Source: Eledone cirrhosa (taxonomy: Eukaryota). From it: a stretch of DNA of 64,000 nt. Shown here piece after piece: positions 1 through 13,199 of this stretch. The notes under the pieces were generated by a model, which was not told the DNA's origin, made no database searches, and saw only the letters and a program-made list of their open reading frames with translations. The stretch covers positions 291,710,001 to 291,774,000 of the forward strand of contig OZ024741.1 in the NCBI GenBank assembly GCA_964016885.1, read 5' to 3'. The position numbers were made by a program, and so were the translations under genes. Numbering within the stretch: the stretch's first letter is position 1; each line of letters opens with the position of its first letter.

Positions 1-19
1 GGATCTTGACTTTTTTTTT

Positions 20-85
20 TTGGGGGGGGGGGGGGCGCAATTTTGATGCTTGCCCTGGGCGCTGTTTACCCTAGCTAGACCACTA
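20..85. mobile_element. Right end (TIR) of a probable MITE cut by the window edge
   Basis: Reverse complement reads AGTGGTCTAGCTAGGGTAAACAGCGCCCAGGGCA, resembling CAGTGGCGTAGCTAGGG-type TIRs of Harbinger-like MITEs. The partner TIR is not in the window. Confidence 0.4.
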
Positions 86-316
86 TATATATATATATAT
101 ATGTATATATATTGATATGCGAATATCATCACCCAAGCACTGCCATCTTACTGATTAACGTTATGCGTGCATTCTGACAATGTGTTAGCATTCTTTCAAT
201 TGAAAGCCTATGATCTCACCACAATGAATGGTGGCTGGGGCTCACTGTTGTACATTCGGCGGTCTTCGTAAACTAACTGTATATATATACATGCTTATAT
301 ATACACATACAAATAA

Positions 317-368
<52 letters not shown>

Positions 369-444
369 AGAAGTAACAACACAATAGGTACAGTATATGG
401 AAGGAATATATTAGTTTAGCGCTTGAAAAAGCAGGAAGAGGGTA

Positions 445-476
445 TTAACGTTTCGGACGCTAGTCCTTCAGCAGAA
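445..476 (-). ncRNA. Degenerate minimal hammerhead motif in a solo PLE terminal fragment (~366-590)
   Basis: Minus strand tt-CTGCTGA-A-GGAC tagc GTCC-GAAA-CG-TT-aa. Stem II is perfect, stem III is the palindrome ACGT, and core A6 is changed to C. The fragment is flanked by (TA)n. Confidence 0.55.
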
Positions 477-919
477 GAAAGAATGCGAAATTAGAAAGAT
501 TGAAGGGACGGACTTGGTGGAATTGGAAAAAATATTTTTAGAGAATAATAACAGGTCCATTCATATTGCTATCTCTTAACATACCCCCCCCCCCCCACAT
601 ATATATATATATATATACACATACACACAAACACACACATACACATATATATATATTTACACACACACATATATATATATAAAGTAATAAGAATATTTAT
701 ATTTATATATGTTTCATACAACTATAAATATAGAGGGTAGTACTAAGTACTAGCCTGTTACCGGAATGATGAAAGGCTCAATGCAAATTTTCAGGTGTTT
801 TACAGAGCCGAGATACAAAGTCTTAAAACGTTCAAATTTTAGTTTAGAACATTTATTTGCTGACAATTGTTTCTTCCAGAGGGAAGTCTAGATCCATCGG
901 AGCATAGGGAATGTCGAAA

Positions 920-1030
<111 letters not shown>

Positions 1031-1200
1031 AACTGTTTCTACTTTAGGCACAAGGCCAGCAATTATCCAGTGCATTACTGGTACTTTATTTTATCGACCC
1101 CGTAAGGATGAAAGGCAAAGTCAACCTCGGCGGGATTTGAACTCAGATCGTAAAGGGACGTAACTATGCTGGAAAGCATGGCGTCCGACCCTCTAACGGC
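1031..1200 (-). mobile_element. tRNA-type SINE, family A
   Basis: Box-B-like GAGTTCAAATCC on the minus strand, with body GTACTTTATTTTATCGACCCCGTAAGGATGAAAGGCAAAG repeated many times in the window. Confidence 0.85.
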
Positions 1201-1567
1201 GATGAATTAGTTTTGCGAGGTTTTTTATATGAAATCGTGTGTCGAAACAAATATTGTTATACTTGGGGAGGGTCATATTTGTGTAATAATATTGCCAGAA
1301 TTAATAACAGAACACACTCACTGTTTGGTTGGATTTCGCTTCTGTGTCCTTTATATCGGTTAATTTAATTTATTCAGTCCTCAATGCTACCATTGACTGA
1401 CTAACGGTCAAAAACACAGATACAATATAGACACAAACTTATATATATAATCTAACAAAATTCTTTCGTTGCATAGCTAGAAATAAGATTAGACAATAGT
1501 AGACCGGTATACTAAGAAACAGAGCTGACCAGATGTCCAACAACTTGGGAGGAAACCTATAGAGGGC

Positions 1568-3660
1568 TTGGTTAGCCTCAAGCAGCGCACAAGGGATGGT
1601 GAGGTAGTATGTTTACCCACGGATAAGTCTGATAGGATGTCAATAGACAGCATGCCGAACTACATCAAGGCTATGCAACCCCACATCACCAACACGAGCG
1701 AAATTGCACAGCAAATACATGATAGGAGACAGAACATCCTCAACGCTCACATAATGATGTGGACCGACATCCTAAAGCAAAGCAAACGCACTGCCAACAA
1801 ATTCCAGGCGTCTAATAATGGCATACCGCCCTTGTATGGGCTCCGCAAAGACCACAAGACAGTCGACGACCCGACAACAGGACCACCAACAAGACCCGTA
1901 TGCGGAGCAAATATAGCTAGCAAATACAGGATCGCCTACTTCCTCTCACTGGTTATACGCCCCATAATGAAGATGTCCCCAGATGTATGTGACAGCACAG
2001 AGGACCTCCTCAGCAGAATCAGTGAGTGCAACAAAAACAGAAACCTATCCAACTGCATAATATTGCTTTTGCTGTGGAAAAATGTGTGGAGATGATCATT
2101 GAGAGTGAGGTGGGGTTCTGAGACGTCGACACAGACGAACTGGGCCTCCTACTTAGACTTACCTACGACACTGACTACCTAGACAGCCATGACCTTAGAC
2201 GTTTCTGCCCCAGTAGACCCATAAGAGGTAGACCCCCCACCATAACCTCAATGGCAAAACAGACTCCCATGGGAAGGTGGATTGGGTGGACCAAAGGTAT
2301 ACGGACCCCGCGAAACAATGATCAGGTAAGAAAATGGTCGCACATGCAATAGGGGCTAGTATCAAAACTACCCAAAGGGCCACATATTCAAGTTCAACGA
2401 GAAGATCTACACCCAAAATGAGGGAGCAGCCATTGGAGTCAGCATAGCTGGTGACGTTGCCAACCTTTTTATGGTATGGTGGGAAAGGAGACTCAAAGAT
2501 CTCCTTGATGAGAGCTCCATAGACCTCATCATGTACTCTCGTTACGTAGACGACATCAATATAGTAATAAAGACATCCCCACAAGAGAGCACTAACAAGT
2601 TTGATTTAGAACGTAGCACAATGGAAAGCATCCAGCAGATAGCTAATTCCATACACTAGAGTATAAATGTAACTATCGACTACCCTTCCAAACACCCTAA
2701 CAATAGACTACCAGTATTAGTCACGGAACTCTGGATTAACACTATAGACGAGAGAGCCAAAATTCTCCACTCACACTATGCTAAACCCATGGCCTCCAAA
2801 TACCTGATACTCAAAAACTCAGCAATGTCCAGTAGTGCTAAGTTTAATAGTCTGATCGCAGACATGGTACGAGTGATAAAGAACGTGTCCCGCATGTGCG
2901 ACCCAAGAGAAATGGAAAGACACATCCAACACTTCATCAACCGCATGCAGTTCTCTGGCTACAACCAACGAGACAGAATTAGAGTATTCGAAGGAGCCAC
3001 GGAGAAGTATAAGACCCTCATAGAACTGGACATGAAAGGAATTTTCCCAATATACAGGAGCAAATCATGGAATAGCTTAGACAGGACTAGACATAAGATA
3101 GGAAAAGCAACCTCATGGTACGACAACCAGAGATACCAGAGTGTCATGTTTGTGGACGCTACCCCTGGAGAGAAATTAGCTAACTAGTGTAGAAAGGCCC
3201 TTAGAAAGACCCACTTAAAGATTAAGGTGGTAGAAAAGCCAGGATCCCCCATAAAATCCCTGATCAGCAAAACCTACCCTTTTAAGAAAAAACCCATTGT
3301 AATAATAGGAAATGTATCATATGCAAAGTAAACCCCCGGATAAACTGTAAAACTAGAAACGTAGTCTATAGCATAAGATGTTCAGAAGGTACTTGCAGAA
3401 ACATGACAACAACATAGATAGGCGAGGCAGCTCGTAGCATAGGTGAAAGGATAGACCAACACTGGGGGAAACTAAAAGGACGAAAAACGGTTCAGTACTA
3501 TACGAACATGCCAGACAACAACACGACGGTAACATAGACAACACAGAAATTAGAATAATATCTAAACATAGAAATGACCCAGCAGATAGGCAAATCAGAG
3601 AGGCCAGCGAAATAGAACTTAGAAGGCCAAGGCTAAACAGAAAAGATGAATGGAATAACA
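1568..3660 (+). pseudogene. PLE reverse transcriptase + GIY-YIG endonuclease (frameshifted, stops)
   Basis: Motifs PTDKS, PPLYGLRKDHK...PTRPV, QNEGAAIG, YSRYVDD and HYAKPMAS. Around 3350-3450: TRNVVYSIRC...(*)IGEAARSIGER, a GIY-YIG motif. Confidence 0.88.
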
Positions 3661-3950
3661 ACAACACCCAAACAAACAACACTGACCTAAGAGAAGTATA
3701 AATAAATAAATACATACACAAGCACAATAACAACAAACATATATAAACAAACACTAGTAAACTAAGATAGAATACAATAACCAATACACAGTCACCAAAA
3801 CACGAACACACATCAAACAAAACACTATACACACACGCAAACGCATGCGCAGAGAAGACAAAAACATAAACACATAAATAAATAAATAAATAAACAGACT
3901 AAATAAAGATGGCGTAGGCATACAATGCAACGGGAGGAAACATAATAGCA

Positions 3951-3992
3951 CCACTGACGATGTTGCAGATGTGCAACGAAGAACTTTGTTAG
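3951..3992 (+). ncRNA. Hammerhead-like motif in the 3' pLTR of PLE 1 (degenerate)
   Basis: CTGACGA-t-GTTGCA gatg TGCAAC-GAA(A). GAAA is intact in the copies at 1464-1467 and 54064-54067. Stems I and III are weak. Confidence 0.5.
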
Positions 3993-4179
3993 ACTATATA
4001 TATGTGTTTGTGTCTATATTGTATCTGTGTTTTTGGTCAGTCAATGGTAACATTGAGGACCGAATAAATTAAATTAACCGATATAAAGGACACAGAAGCG
4101 AAAACCAACCAAACAGTGAGTGTGTTCTGTTATTAATTGTGGCAATATTATTACACAAATATGACCCTCCTCAAAGTAT

Positions 4180-4233
<54 letters not shown>

Positions 4234-4277
4234 AAAAATAAACAAAGAAGCCTTCAATATATCAAAAGTCTTTATTA

Positions 4278-4318
4278 GCCGACAGTGTTTCGTCCCATTA
4301 ATAAGGACTCATCAGGGC
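4278..4318 (-). ncRNA. Minimal type-I hammerhead ribozyme, intact consensus
   Basis: gcc-CTGATGA-GTCC ttattaatg GGAC-GAAA-C act GTC-ggc, followed by TAATAAA. Canonical GUC cleavage triplet (cut after 4281). Confidence 0.9.
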
Positions 4319-5761
4319 AAGCAAAGAGACAAGAAGCATTAACGGCCAGAACAACCAAAACTCAGAAGAACAGGGAATTTATATCTATGAAAACTTAGGA
4401 AAGCGATCATGGAAAGACATGCTAAAGCTAAAAGTGTGCATTTGCAAATATAGACTATAGGGCAAGAGAGCAAGTAACATGTCAAACCCACGCTGAAAGA
4501 ACAATATAAGACAAATACATGAAATACAACATGGTAATACAATATGAGAATTATAATATGATATAGAAAACAATATAATGGATAATAAGAAATAAAAAGC
4601 TTAATATATATGTATATATATATATCCATATATATACACATTTACACAAACACATACAAACACTTGTTTAAATATTTAAATATAATAATCATTATAATAG
4701 CATAATCACCCTGACACTGTGCAAAAACAATATAAAAAACAATGGACTAATATACTGACATTAAACAATATATAAAACTACATCATACGTATCATTTAAA
4801 TTCAACAAATTGTATATAAAGTTTTTCACAGGGTAAGAAAAAATATCATATAAAAATAAAGTATGGTGAAAAAATATATATAACTATATATAATATTGAC
4901 AATAAATATCCAGAGGTATATGCAGTTCAAATTCATAAAATATTACAAAACAGTACCTCAATATCGGACATGTATATATAATTCAATTCATAAAAATAAT
5001 AATGTTAATATCACAATAGCAGACACACATAATCAATGGAAAATGCTTAAGACATATTTACGCGATGCATACAAATAGACATATCAGGAGACAATAACAA
5101 ATGATAGAACAGACAGCATGTGGTGGTAAAAAAATAAATAAAATAAAACGAAGAACAAAAACAAAAACAAGCACAGACGTTACAAGTCACTAGGTAAATA
5201 TAGATAATATTACTAATCTGGATCAAAGAATTAAATTGAAAACCTTATTAAATTAATTAGTACTAAAACTGTTTAAAAGACATTATGGGTCACTACATAT
5301 GGAATAAAATTTAAGTCATCAAAGTCGAATAAAATTAAGATATTTCAATAAGAAAGCTAAAATATCTATCAAGATATATTACGATACATCCAGACGAATT
5401 ACGTTATCAAGGAAAAAAACTCTAAATAAAACTATGGTAGACCAATGGGAACATAAAGAAGTAGAACTATGGAGGGTAGGAAGGAGCATAAAGGTAAACA
5501 TTTATATATAATCAATATAAATTGACCATATATAAATTTATATATAATATTACATATAATATTATTTTCAACCCAACCAGGGATGAAAATAAAGATAGAA
5601 ACTTATAAGGCGACAATGGTGAGTAAAAATGTAATAATGGTAAAGATGATAGATAGGGTAAGATAGCTAAAGAGACTATGAAAACTAAATTGAAAAACCG
5701 TAGAAAACCAATAATGGTAATAATAATGAACTAAAACCAAAGAGATAAGGAAATATAGCAG

Positions 5762-6172
5762 CTAATGGATACGGTTTAAACTACCGGAGCTTTTAGGTCT
5801 ATAATAGAAGAAGGAATTAGAAATAGCATGCGGACAGGAGGAAAAAATTTCAGATTTTCTATTAAGCAATACGTTCCTAGAGAAAATTATAGAGTGGGTC
5901 TCTAGGATACAAAGATTACAGAATTTAGCGTGTGTTGAGAGGTGATTAGAGTGTGCTACTATACGCCAATTTAGGCTATATGGTATACCAGCCACTTTTA
6001 AATCCCAGATATGGTGTGCTAAAGAAGTAGAGTTCTTAAACTTGATATGCTTAAAATTAGAAATATGTGAATTAAACCTAGTTTTAAAAGTATTAGATGT
6101 GGAGCCTATATATGTTCTACAAGAAGAATTAGTCTGAACTTCACATGCATAAACAATATTCCTAGAGACCAT
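5762..6172 (-). pseudogene. GIY-YIG endonuclease domain of PLE 2
   Basis: RNIVYACEV...TYIGSTSNTFKTRFNSH...CNLCILE...LLNRKSE...CPH. Separated from the upstream ORF by a frameshift in CNC..CPLNG. Confidence 0.88.
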
Positions 6173-7170
6173 TCAAAGGGCAGTTATTATTAATCTACAG
6201 TTACACTTCCGGGTATTAGTGATTAGCTGATTACGCGATGCATTATTCCCAGGGTTATTAGAAGATAAGATCTGCTCGGGAGGTAAGTTATTATTAGAGC
6301 TATCTAGATTAGTGGTACGCAAAGAGCAGTAGCTGTCCCTAATTTTCCTATTATTAGTGCTAGCTAAATGAGAATTAATGTTAGGGATGGTAGAGAAGGA
6401 GAGTTTAATTACATTCTTATTAAAGATACTCTGGTATTTATTAGTAGGAGGGAAATTTTTCTCTAAAATAGAAAAGAAAGATCTAGGGATATTAGTTAAT
6501 ACTTCATGATTATAAGGCGGGTTAAAGTAAGTATTGAGCCTCCTCCTATTCCTACCTTTACTATTTCTATTTCTATCTCGTATCCTATTAATAGGATTAG
6601 GGTTAATACTAGGACCAGTTGAATTAACACTATTAGAAGCCGTTAAAACATCACCACTGGGTGAACGTTCAGAGCGCCTATCCTGTTCACTAGAACTAAT
6701 CTCAAAAAGTATACCATTAGACTCACCATTACGATTATTATTGTGGTGGTTATACATATGGTTCGGTTTGGATGAACCAATAACATTTCTATGATTCCTA
6801 GATTTTCTTCTCCCATTCAAGGCCATGTTATGGGATATTACGTTATTATGGGTAAACGGAGTCATTCCAAGGTAGTCATCTTTATAGTGTATTCTACCAG
6901 AGTAACCAGAGTTAGCTAGGGCATTATTATAATACTCAGCATGTGAAATAAATATTCCTATATCTTTAGAGAGTGTGGAGATTCTATTAGATACACCATT
7001 AATAATAGAGCTAATCATAGATTTAGGGTGGTTAGAATTAGGATTAACGTAAGAGAGTGTCTCATTTGGCTTGTGGAAGGGTTTATAATTATTAGTGACC
7101 AAGTCTAATGTCACATCTAAAAAGTTAACAGCTCTATCATTCTTATCAATCGTGATCGAAAGGTTAAAAT
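6173..7170 (-). pseudogene. PLE 2 RT C-terminus/thumb and low-complexity linker
   Basis: VNFLDVTLDL...PFHKPNETLSYVNPNSNHP...RISTLS...YFNPPY...FNKNVIKLSFS...CNC. Confidence 0.85.
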
Positions 7171-7206
7171 TTAAAAAAAATTTATATATTATATATATTT
7201 ATAAAA

Positions 7207-7283
<77 letters not shown>

Positions 7284-7440
7284 AAAGAATAGAGGTGTAA
7301 CACACAAGTTATTATATATTGGTAAACGGAATAGAAAATGCTGACAAATTGTTCACAGTTGAAAAATGGTTTAATTAGGAATAAAAGAGTATTAGTAATT
7401 GTATGGGTTAGTATTCAGTTGTGGTTTTAAGTTTTTAAGT

Positions 7441-7477
7441 TTTTACCGGTTGCGCATTTCTAAATGCTTTTCAAAAA
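7441..7477 (-). ncRNA. Variant hammerhead motif (U3-A8, GCAA) in inverted pLTR
   Basis: ttt-TTGAAAA-GCATTT ag AAATGC-GCAA-CCGG-TA-aaa. Confidence 0.65.
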
Positions 7478-7608
7478 TAATTTTGAGATATTTTTTTGTA
7501 TTGCACCATAGAGCATGTGTGTTTACGTGTGTCATTGTGTTTATATGTGGGTAGAGATGTGTGCTGATGTAGGTATGTATGTTGACGTGTGTATGTTGTG
7601 GGTTCGTC

Positions 7609-8266
7609 TTAGGGAGAAGTGTTTAGACGGGGTCCGTATTTGTTAATGAAGTAAGATTCCTTGCTGATGCGCTGGGTGTGGGTGGCATTATCTTTAAATT
7701 TGTAGAGGGGAAAGATTCTGAAGTTTGGATGATTTTGGGCGGCGCAGGTATCAATGTGTTCACTCAGTGGTATTTTCCTGTATTCCCGTATTTTAATTTG
7801 GGATCTATGGACAGTCATGCGTTGGCGGAGGCTGTTTTTGGTCTGGCCTATGTATTGTTCTCGACAACCTGAACAAGTTAATACATATATTAAATTTTCC
7901 GATGCACATGTGAAATTGTGTTTTACTATAAAACGTTGTCCATCTTTGAAATAGAATTCCGAACCCTCTATTAGGTTGATGCAAATGCCACAGTTGGGTC
8001 TATCGCATTTTTTTACTGTGGGTTTCGTTGTTGTGGTTGGCAGTACTTTGGCATGTGTTAAGATGTTTTTCATTGACTTGGATTGTCTTTTGCTCTTTAT
8101 GATATCGTGTGTTCGTAGAATTTGGTTCATTCTATGGTCCTTTTTCAATACAGGGATGTTCTGGAGGATGGTGTCAAAGGCCTCGTTGTTGAGGGGGTTG
8201 TGTGTGGAGATGTATGGAAGAGCTTTTAGTTTTGGTTGATTTACTTTAGGGTGTCTAAGGTCCTGG
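7609..8266 (-). pseudogene. Inverted duplicate of the PLE 3 GIY-YIG C-terminus
   Basis: Track ORF 7609..8148 matches the last 179 aa of the 8316..9506 ORF. Confidence 0.92.
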
Positions 8267-8267
8267 T

Positions 8268-9506
8268 TACTTCGTTTTCAATAACAAACCCTACAGGCAG
8301 AAATCTGGGACCGCTATGGGAACGAAAACAGCCCCTACGTATGCCAACCTAGTCATGGGATACCTGGAAATCACCCTCTACACTAAAGTCCTAAACAAAT
8401 TTGGAAACACCCTCCACTTACACATTGAAAGGAACTGGAAGCGATATCTTGATGACTGCTTCATCCTTTGGCACGAAAACATCGAAAAACTTAAAGAATT
8501 TCACACCCTTATAAATGGGCTCAACACAAATATTAACTTCACGATGGAATACAGCCATCAACAACTCCCCTTCCTCGACATCCTCATTAAGATCCATAAC
8601 AAAAAAATAGAAACAGACATATACTACAAGCCCACAGACTCCAAGCAATACCTCCACTTCAACTCTTGCCACCCTAGACACGTTAAAATTAATATTCCCT
8701 ACAACTTAGCCAAGAGAATCTGTACTATAGTCTCCAATAAAAACATCTGCTACTTACGGCTACAAGAACTAAAGGACACACTCATAGGCAGGGACTACCC
8801 TGCATCACTAATTGACAATGGAATCCAACGTGCCCTAAAACTCAGTACCCAGGACCTTAGACACCCTAAAGTAAATCAACCAAAACTAAAAGCTCTTCCA
8901 TACATCTCCACACACAACCCCCTCAACAACGAGGCCTTTGACACCATCCTCCAGAACATCCCTGTATTGAAAAAGGACCATAGAATGAACCAAATTCTAC
9001 GAACACACGATATCATAAAGAGCAAAAGACAATCCAAGTCAATGAAAAACATCTTAACACATGCCAAAGTACTGCCAACCACAACAACGAAACCCACAGT
9101 AAAAAAATGCGATAGACCCAACTGTGGCATTTGCATCAACCTAATAGAGGGTTCGGAATTCTATTTCAAAGATGGACAACGTTTTATAGTAAAACACAAT
9201 TTCACATGTGCATCGGAAAATTTAATATATGTATTAACTTGTTCAGGTTGTCGAGAACAATACATAGGCCAGACCAAAAACAGCCTCCGCCAACGCATGA
9301 CTGTCCATAGATCCCAAATTAAAATACGGGAATACAGGAAAATACCACTGAGTGAACACATTGATACCTGCGCCGCCCAAAATCATCCCAACTTCAGAAT
9401 CTTTCCCCTCTACAAATTTAAAGATAATGCCACCCACACCCAGCGCATCAGCAAGGAATCTTACTTCATTAACAAATACGGACCCCGTCTAAACACTTCT
9501 CCCTAA
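8268..9506 (+). CDS. PLE RT (5'-truncated, open frame) + Cys linker + GIY-YIG endonuclease
   Basis: YFVFNNKPYRQKSGTAMGT...WKRYLDDCF...LPFLDI...YYKPTDS...SCHP; CDRPNCGIC; NLIYVLTCSGCREQYIGQT...RMTVH. No stops. The ATG at 8316 is internal to RT. Confidence 0.93.
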   Translation, partial: YFVFNNKPYRQKSGTAMGTKTAPTYANLVMGYLEITLYTKVLNKFGNTLHLHIERNWKRYLDDCFILWHENIEKLKEFHTLINGLNTNINFTMEYSHQQLPFLDILIKIHNKKIETDIYYKPTDSKQYLHFNSCHPRHVKINIPYNLAKRICTIVSNKNICYLRLQELKDTLIGRDYPASLIDNGIQRALKLSTQDLRHPKVNQPKLKALPYISTHNPLNNEAFDTILQNIPVLKKDHRMNQILRTHDIIKSKRQSKSMKNILTHAKVLPTTTTKPTVKKCDRPNCGICINLIEGSEFYFKDGQRFIVKHNFTCASENLIYVLTCSGCREQYIGQTKNSLRQRMTVHRSQIKIREYRKIPLSEHIDTCAAQNHPNFRIFPLYKFKDNATHTQRISKESYFINKYGPRLNTSP

Positions 9507-9684
9507 GACGAACCCACAACATACACACGTCAACATACATACCTACATCAGCACACATCTCTACCCACATATAAACACAATGACACACGTAAACACACAT
9601 GCTCTATGGTGCAATACAAAAAAATATGTGTGCATATATATGTATGTATATATGTATATATATATATGTGTATATGTAGTGAAA

Positions 9685-9735
<51 letters not shown>

Positions 9736-10124
9736 GTGAATATCATTTCACACCTTTTATTGTTAAGATTGTTGATGTTCTATTAAGAGAACCGATTTTA
9801 CTGAAAAAATCGAATAATGTACACCATTTTACCAGGGGGAAAAAAATACTGGTCCACCCACACACGCACACACACACACACACACATATATACACAAACA
9901 CATACACACGCGTACATCAACATACAAAGAGACTTATACACACACACACACACACGCACTTCTCCGTATAAGACAAAAGCTGAAAAATATCTTTTGACCT
10001 TCGAATGACTCTGCTGTGTGTATGTACGCACACACACACACACACACACACACTTATCTTAATAGCCATTTGACACACATCGCTGGTGGCTATTGTCGCA
10101 GCATCGAACACCTTACTACTACTA

Positions 10125-10176
<52 letters not shown>

Positions 10177-10497
10177 TTGTTGTGAAAGAGTCATTTCTCA
10201 ATCTTGGCGCAAAACCAATTTTTTATCCACATGACCTCTACCGACCAATCAAAATTGTTTTGACCATAATTTTTGCTGGAGCCACTTTTCTAACATTTTA
10301 ACATAAAAACAGTCTTGGCGCAAAATCAACTTTTTACATTTACATGACCTCTACCGACCAATCAAAATTGTTTTGACCACAAGCATTTTTGCAACACAAA
10401 AATAACGCTGGAGCCATTTTTTTAACATAAAAACAGGTAGAATTCCCAAAACTAATCAGATCAGAGCAAACAGCACGGACACTCTATCTCAAAATTA

Positions 10498-10534
10498 TTT
10501 TTGAAAAGCATTTAGAAATGCGCAACCGGTAAAA
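10498..10534 (+). ncRNA. Variant hammerhead motif (U3-A8, GCAA) in 3' pLTR of PLE 3
   Basis: ttt-TTGAAAA-GCATTT ag AAATGC-GCAA-CCGG-TA-aaa, with stem III palindrome ACCGGT. Confidence 0.65.
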
Positions 10535-10652
10535 ACTTAAAAACTTAAAACCACAACTGAATACTAACCCATACAATCACTAATACTCTTTTATTCCTAA
10601 TTAAACCATTTTTCAACTGTGAACAATTTGTCAGCATTTTCTATTCCGTTTA

Positions 10653-10724
<72 letters not shown>

Positions 10725-11292
10725 TTCGTAATTCTCTGTGAGATAAGAAGAGCCGTTATAAATGTATAAATGTCAGTGTTAATTCCATACCAATATGACA
10801 GCATTTAGTATTGTTTATTATTGATAAGTTAAGTCTACGGTATTATATATCTGTGCAACGAAATGACGGTATTATCGTATCAATTGACTCTAGAGTGTGA
10901 TACGACGTCCAACGATTGAAACAAAGGAAAGCAGGAACAACACACGCTATATATACTATGTATAATATATAGTTCTGGTTTAAAAGTACACACAAACCGA
11001 TTGAGTGGAATATCGAAATGGCTGCATATAAATTCTTTGCCAAAACAACAATTCAAATTGATTGATTGATTTTGGCTTATTGTTATTGTTATCGTATCAT
11101 CAACATAATCATCATCATCACCATCATCACCGCAATCAAAATCAACAACTAAAACAACGTCATAAACAACAACAATAACAACAACAGCAACAATAACAGC
11201 TTTACCTCCACCTCCAAAATATCCATCAGCACTACCACCATCATCGTCATCATCATCGACATCACTACCGCAATGTATGTATGTATGTATGT

Positions 11293-11850
11293 TTTCTCTT
11301 TCTCTTAATTTCGAGTATATTTTTTTGACCGGCCACCTTCCTGGTGGCAAGGTTGTAAAAGAAAAGAAATTGTCATCCTTGAATCGCAAGAATGTTTTGC
11401 AAATTTTGAAGGTGCCAGCTATCGCAGCCATTTGTAGACTATGAATTAGGGAGCTGCGCATTTTGGCCGCAAATCCAAGTTCAGTCATACTTTGGTCCAA
11501 GCGGGTTGGTATATAGCCCGTAGCACCAATAATGATGGGTATGAAGCTAAAGGTGTATCTTGGATACTGGATTTGTAAACTCCTCATCAATGGTCCGTAG
11601 ATGTCCTCCTTCTCCTGTATTTTTCTGACAACGTTTACATCAAGTGGGCAGCTGATCTCCACAACAGAACACGTTTTCAATGTGTGGTCCCAAACTACAA
11701 TATCAGGCCGGTTGTGCTTTAATTTGGTGGCAGTTTTTATTTTCAGGTTCCACCAGTATTCCTTAGTACCATCTGTCTCAATATATTCTTCCTCGTTTGT
11801 TGTTAATTTTGTTTTCCGAAGTGCGTTCCAGATGGTTCTAGCTATCCCAA

Positions 11851-11851
<1 letters not shown>
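11293..11851 (-). mobile_element. 3' fragment of R4/Dong-type non-LTR retrotransposon (REL endonuclease)
   Basis: EYWWNLKIKT...HNRPDIVVWD...VVEISCPLD...EKEDIY...PIIIGATG (PD-(D/E)xK-like). 3' UTR hairpin GCCACC/GGTGGC, and (TATG)n on both flanks. Confidence 0.88.
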
Positions 11852-11881
<30 letters not shown>

Positions 11882-12048
11882 TGTATGTATGTATGTATGT
11901 ATGTATGTATGTATGTATGTATGTATGAAAGTATGCATGTATATATGTATGTATGTACGTATCTATGTATGTATGCATGTATATATGTATGTATGCATGT
12001 ATGTATGCATGTATGAACGTATTCATGTATGTATATATGTAGACATGC

Positions 12049-12117
<69 letters not shown>

Positions 12118-12253
12118 CATACGTATGTATGTATGTATATACGTTGATATATACATATATAAACGTATATACAAACATACATACATATGTATATATATAT
12201 ATATATATAAATATATACATGCATGCCTATACGTATATATATACATATATATA

Positions 12254-12301
<48 letters not shown>

Positions 12302-12607
12302 TTCGGTCTCTCACTACCGTTCTTGTTTTATTCCCTTTCTTTTCTTTCCAGCCCCCTTTCCCTTCTGTGTTTCCCGCCCTTTTTTGACACATTTAACGTA
12401 CTTCATACGTTTGTCTCCGTCATTATTGGCATTTATTCTTCAAATATTCTTCGCTTCTTTCTTTTTTATCCTTCTTGTCTTTAGTTTCACTTTCGCCTGC
12501 CTTCGTTATTCCAGCAGATCAAAGTGAAAGTAGACAGTTTTGGCACCTTTCCTACAGACACAACTTAGACAACAATTCGTAAAGACATCTTACTGATACC
12601 ACATATA

Positions 12608-12689
12608 CACTGATACAAACGTGGCCTGTTGCGACACATGCACACATATATATATATATATATGAATATATATACATATATATGTGTGT

Positions 12690-12728
<39 letters not shown>

Positions 12729-12807
12729 TGTGTTTGTGCGTGTGTGTCTGTTTGTGTGTGTGTGTATGTGTGTTCGTGTGTGGCAACAGGCCACGTTTGT
12801 ATCATTG
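12608..12807. mobile_element. MITE-like element with ~30-bp TIRs and TA flanks
   Basis: TA|CACTGATACAAACGTGGCCTGTTGC ... GCAACAGGCCACGTTTGTATCATTG|TA. The interior is (TA)/(TG) microsatellite. Confidence 0.6.
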
Positions 12808-12842
12808 TATACACACACACACAAATGTATATATATATATGT

Positions 12843-12920
<78 letters not shown>

Positions 12921-13003
12921 AGACCCATATGTGTATTGTACGTAGAAAAAGATATATTTACATATGCACACACATATATGCACCCATACACATACATACA
13001 AGC

Positions 13004-13097
<94 letters not shown>

Positions 13098-13199
13098 ATG
13101 TTTTCCTACATGCAAAACATGCATATAGGGACACATGTATTATCCAACCGTATGCCAATCTGCTTCTATGGCAGGTTAATAAATTAACGAGTCAGAAAA

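Larger units (their letters stand above)
1201..4187 (+). mobile_element. Penelope-like retroelement 1, degenerate, with inverted 5' pseudo-LTR
   Basis: Broken ORF with PLE RT motifs, a GIY-YIG remnant and a 3' UTR. 1251-1473 is the reverse complement of 3972-4187. The 3' end runs into (TA)n. Confidence 0.9.
4230..7182 (-). mobile_element. Penelope-like retroelement 2, 5'-truncated, ~1.5 kb 3' UTR
   Basis: RT C-terminus, Cys linker and GIY-YIG on the minus strand. HHR plus AATAAA near the 3' end, and (TA)n on both sides. Confidence 0.9.
7280..10662 (+). mobile_element. Penelope-like retroelement 3 (Neptune-like Cys linker) with inverted duplicate 3' end
   Basis: Main copy 8267-10662 on the plus strand. 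Inverted copy 7280-8266 is the reverse complement of 8849-9627 joined to 10485-10660. Flanked by (TA)n. Confidence 0.93.

Noticed and set aside
763-825. HHR-like ATGATGA-aa-GGCTC..GAGCC-GAGA..GTC
   Set aside because: Two core mismatches and no convincing stem I, so it is not counted.
9628-10487. Intron explaining the deletion in the PLE 3 inverted arm
   Set aside because: It starts with GT but has no AG at the 3' junction in any register. Microhomology explains it better.
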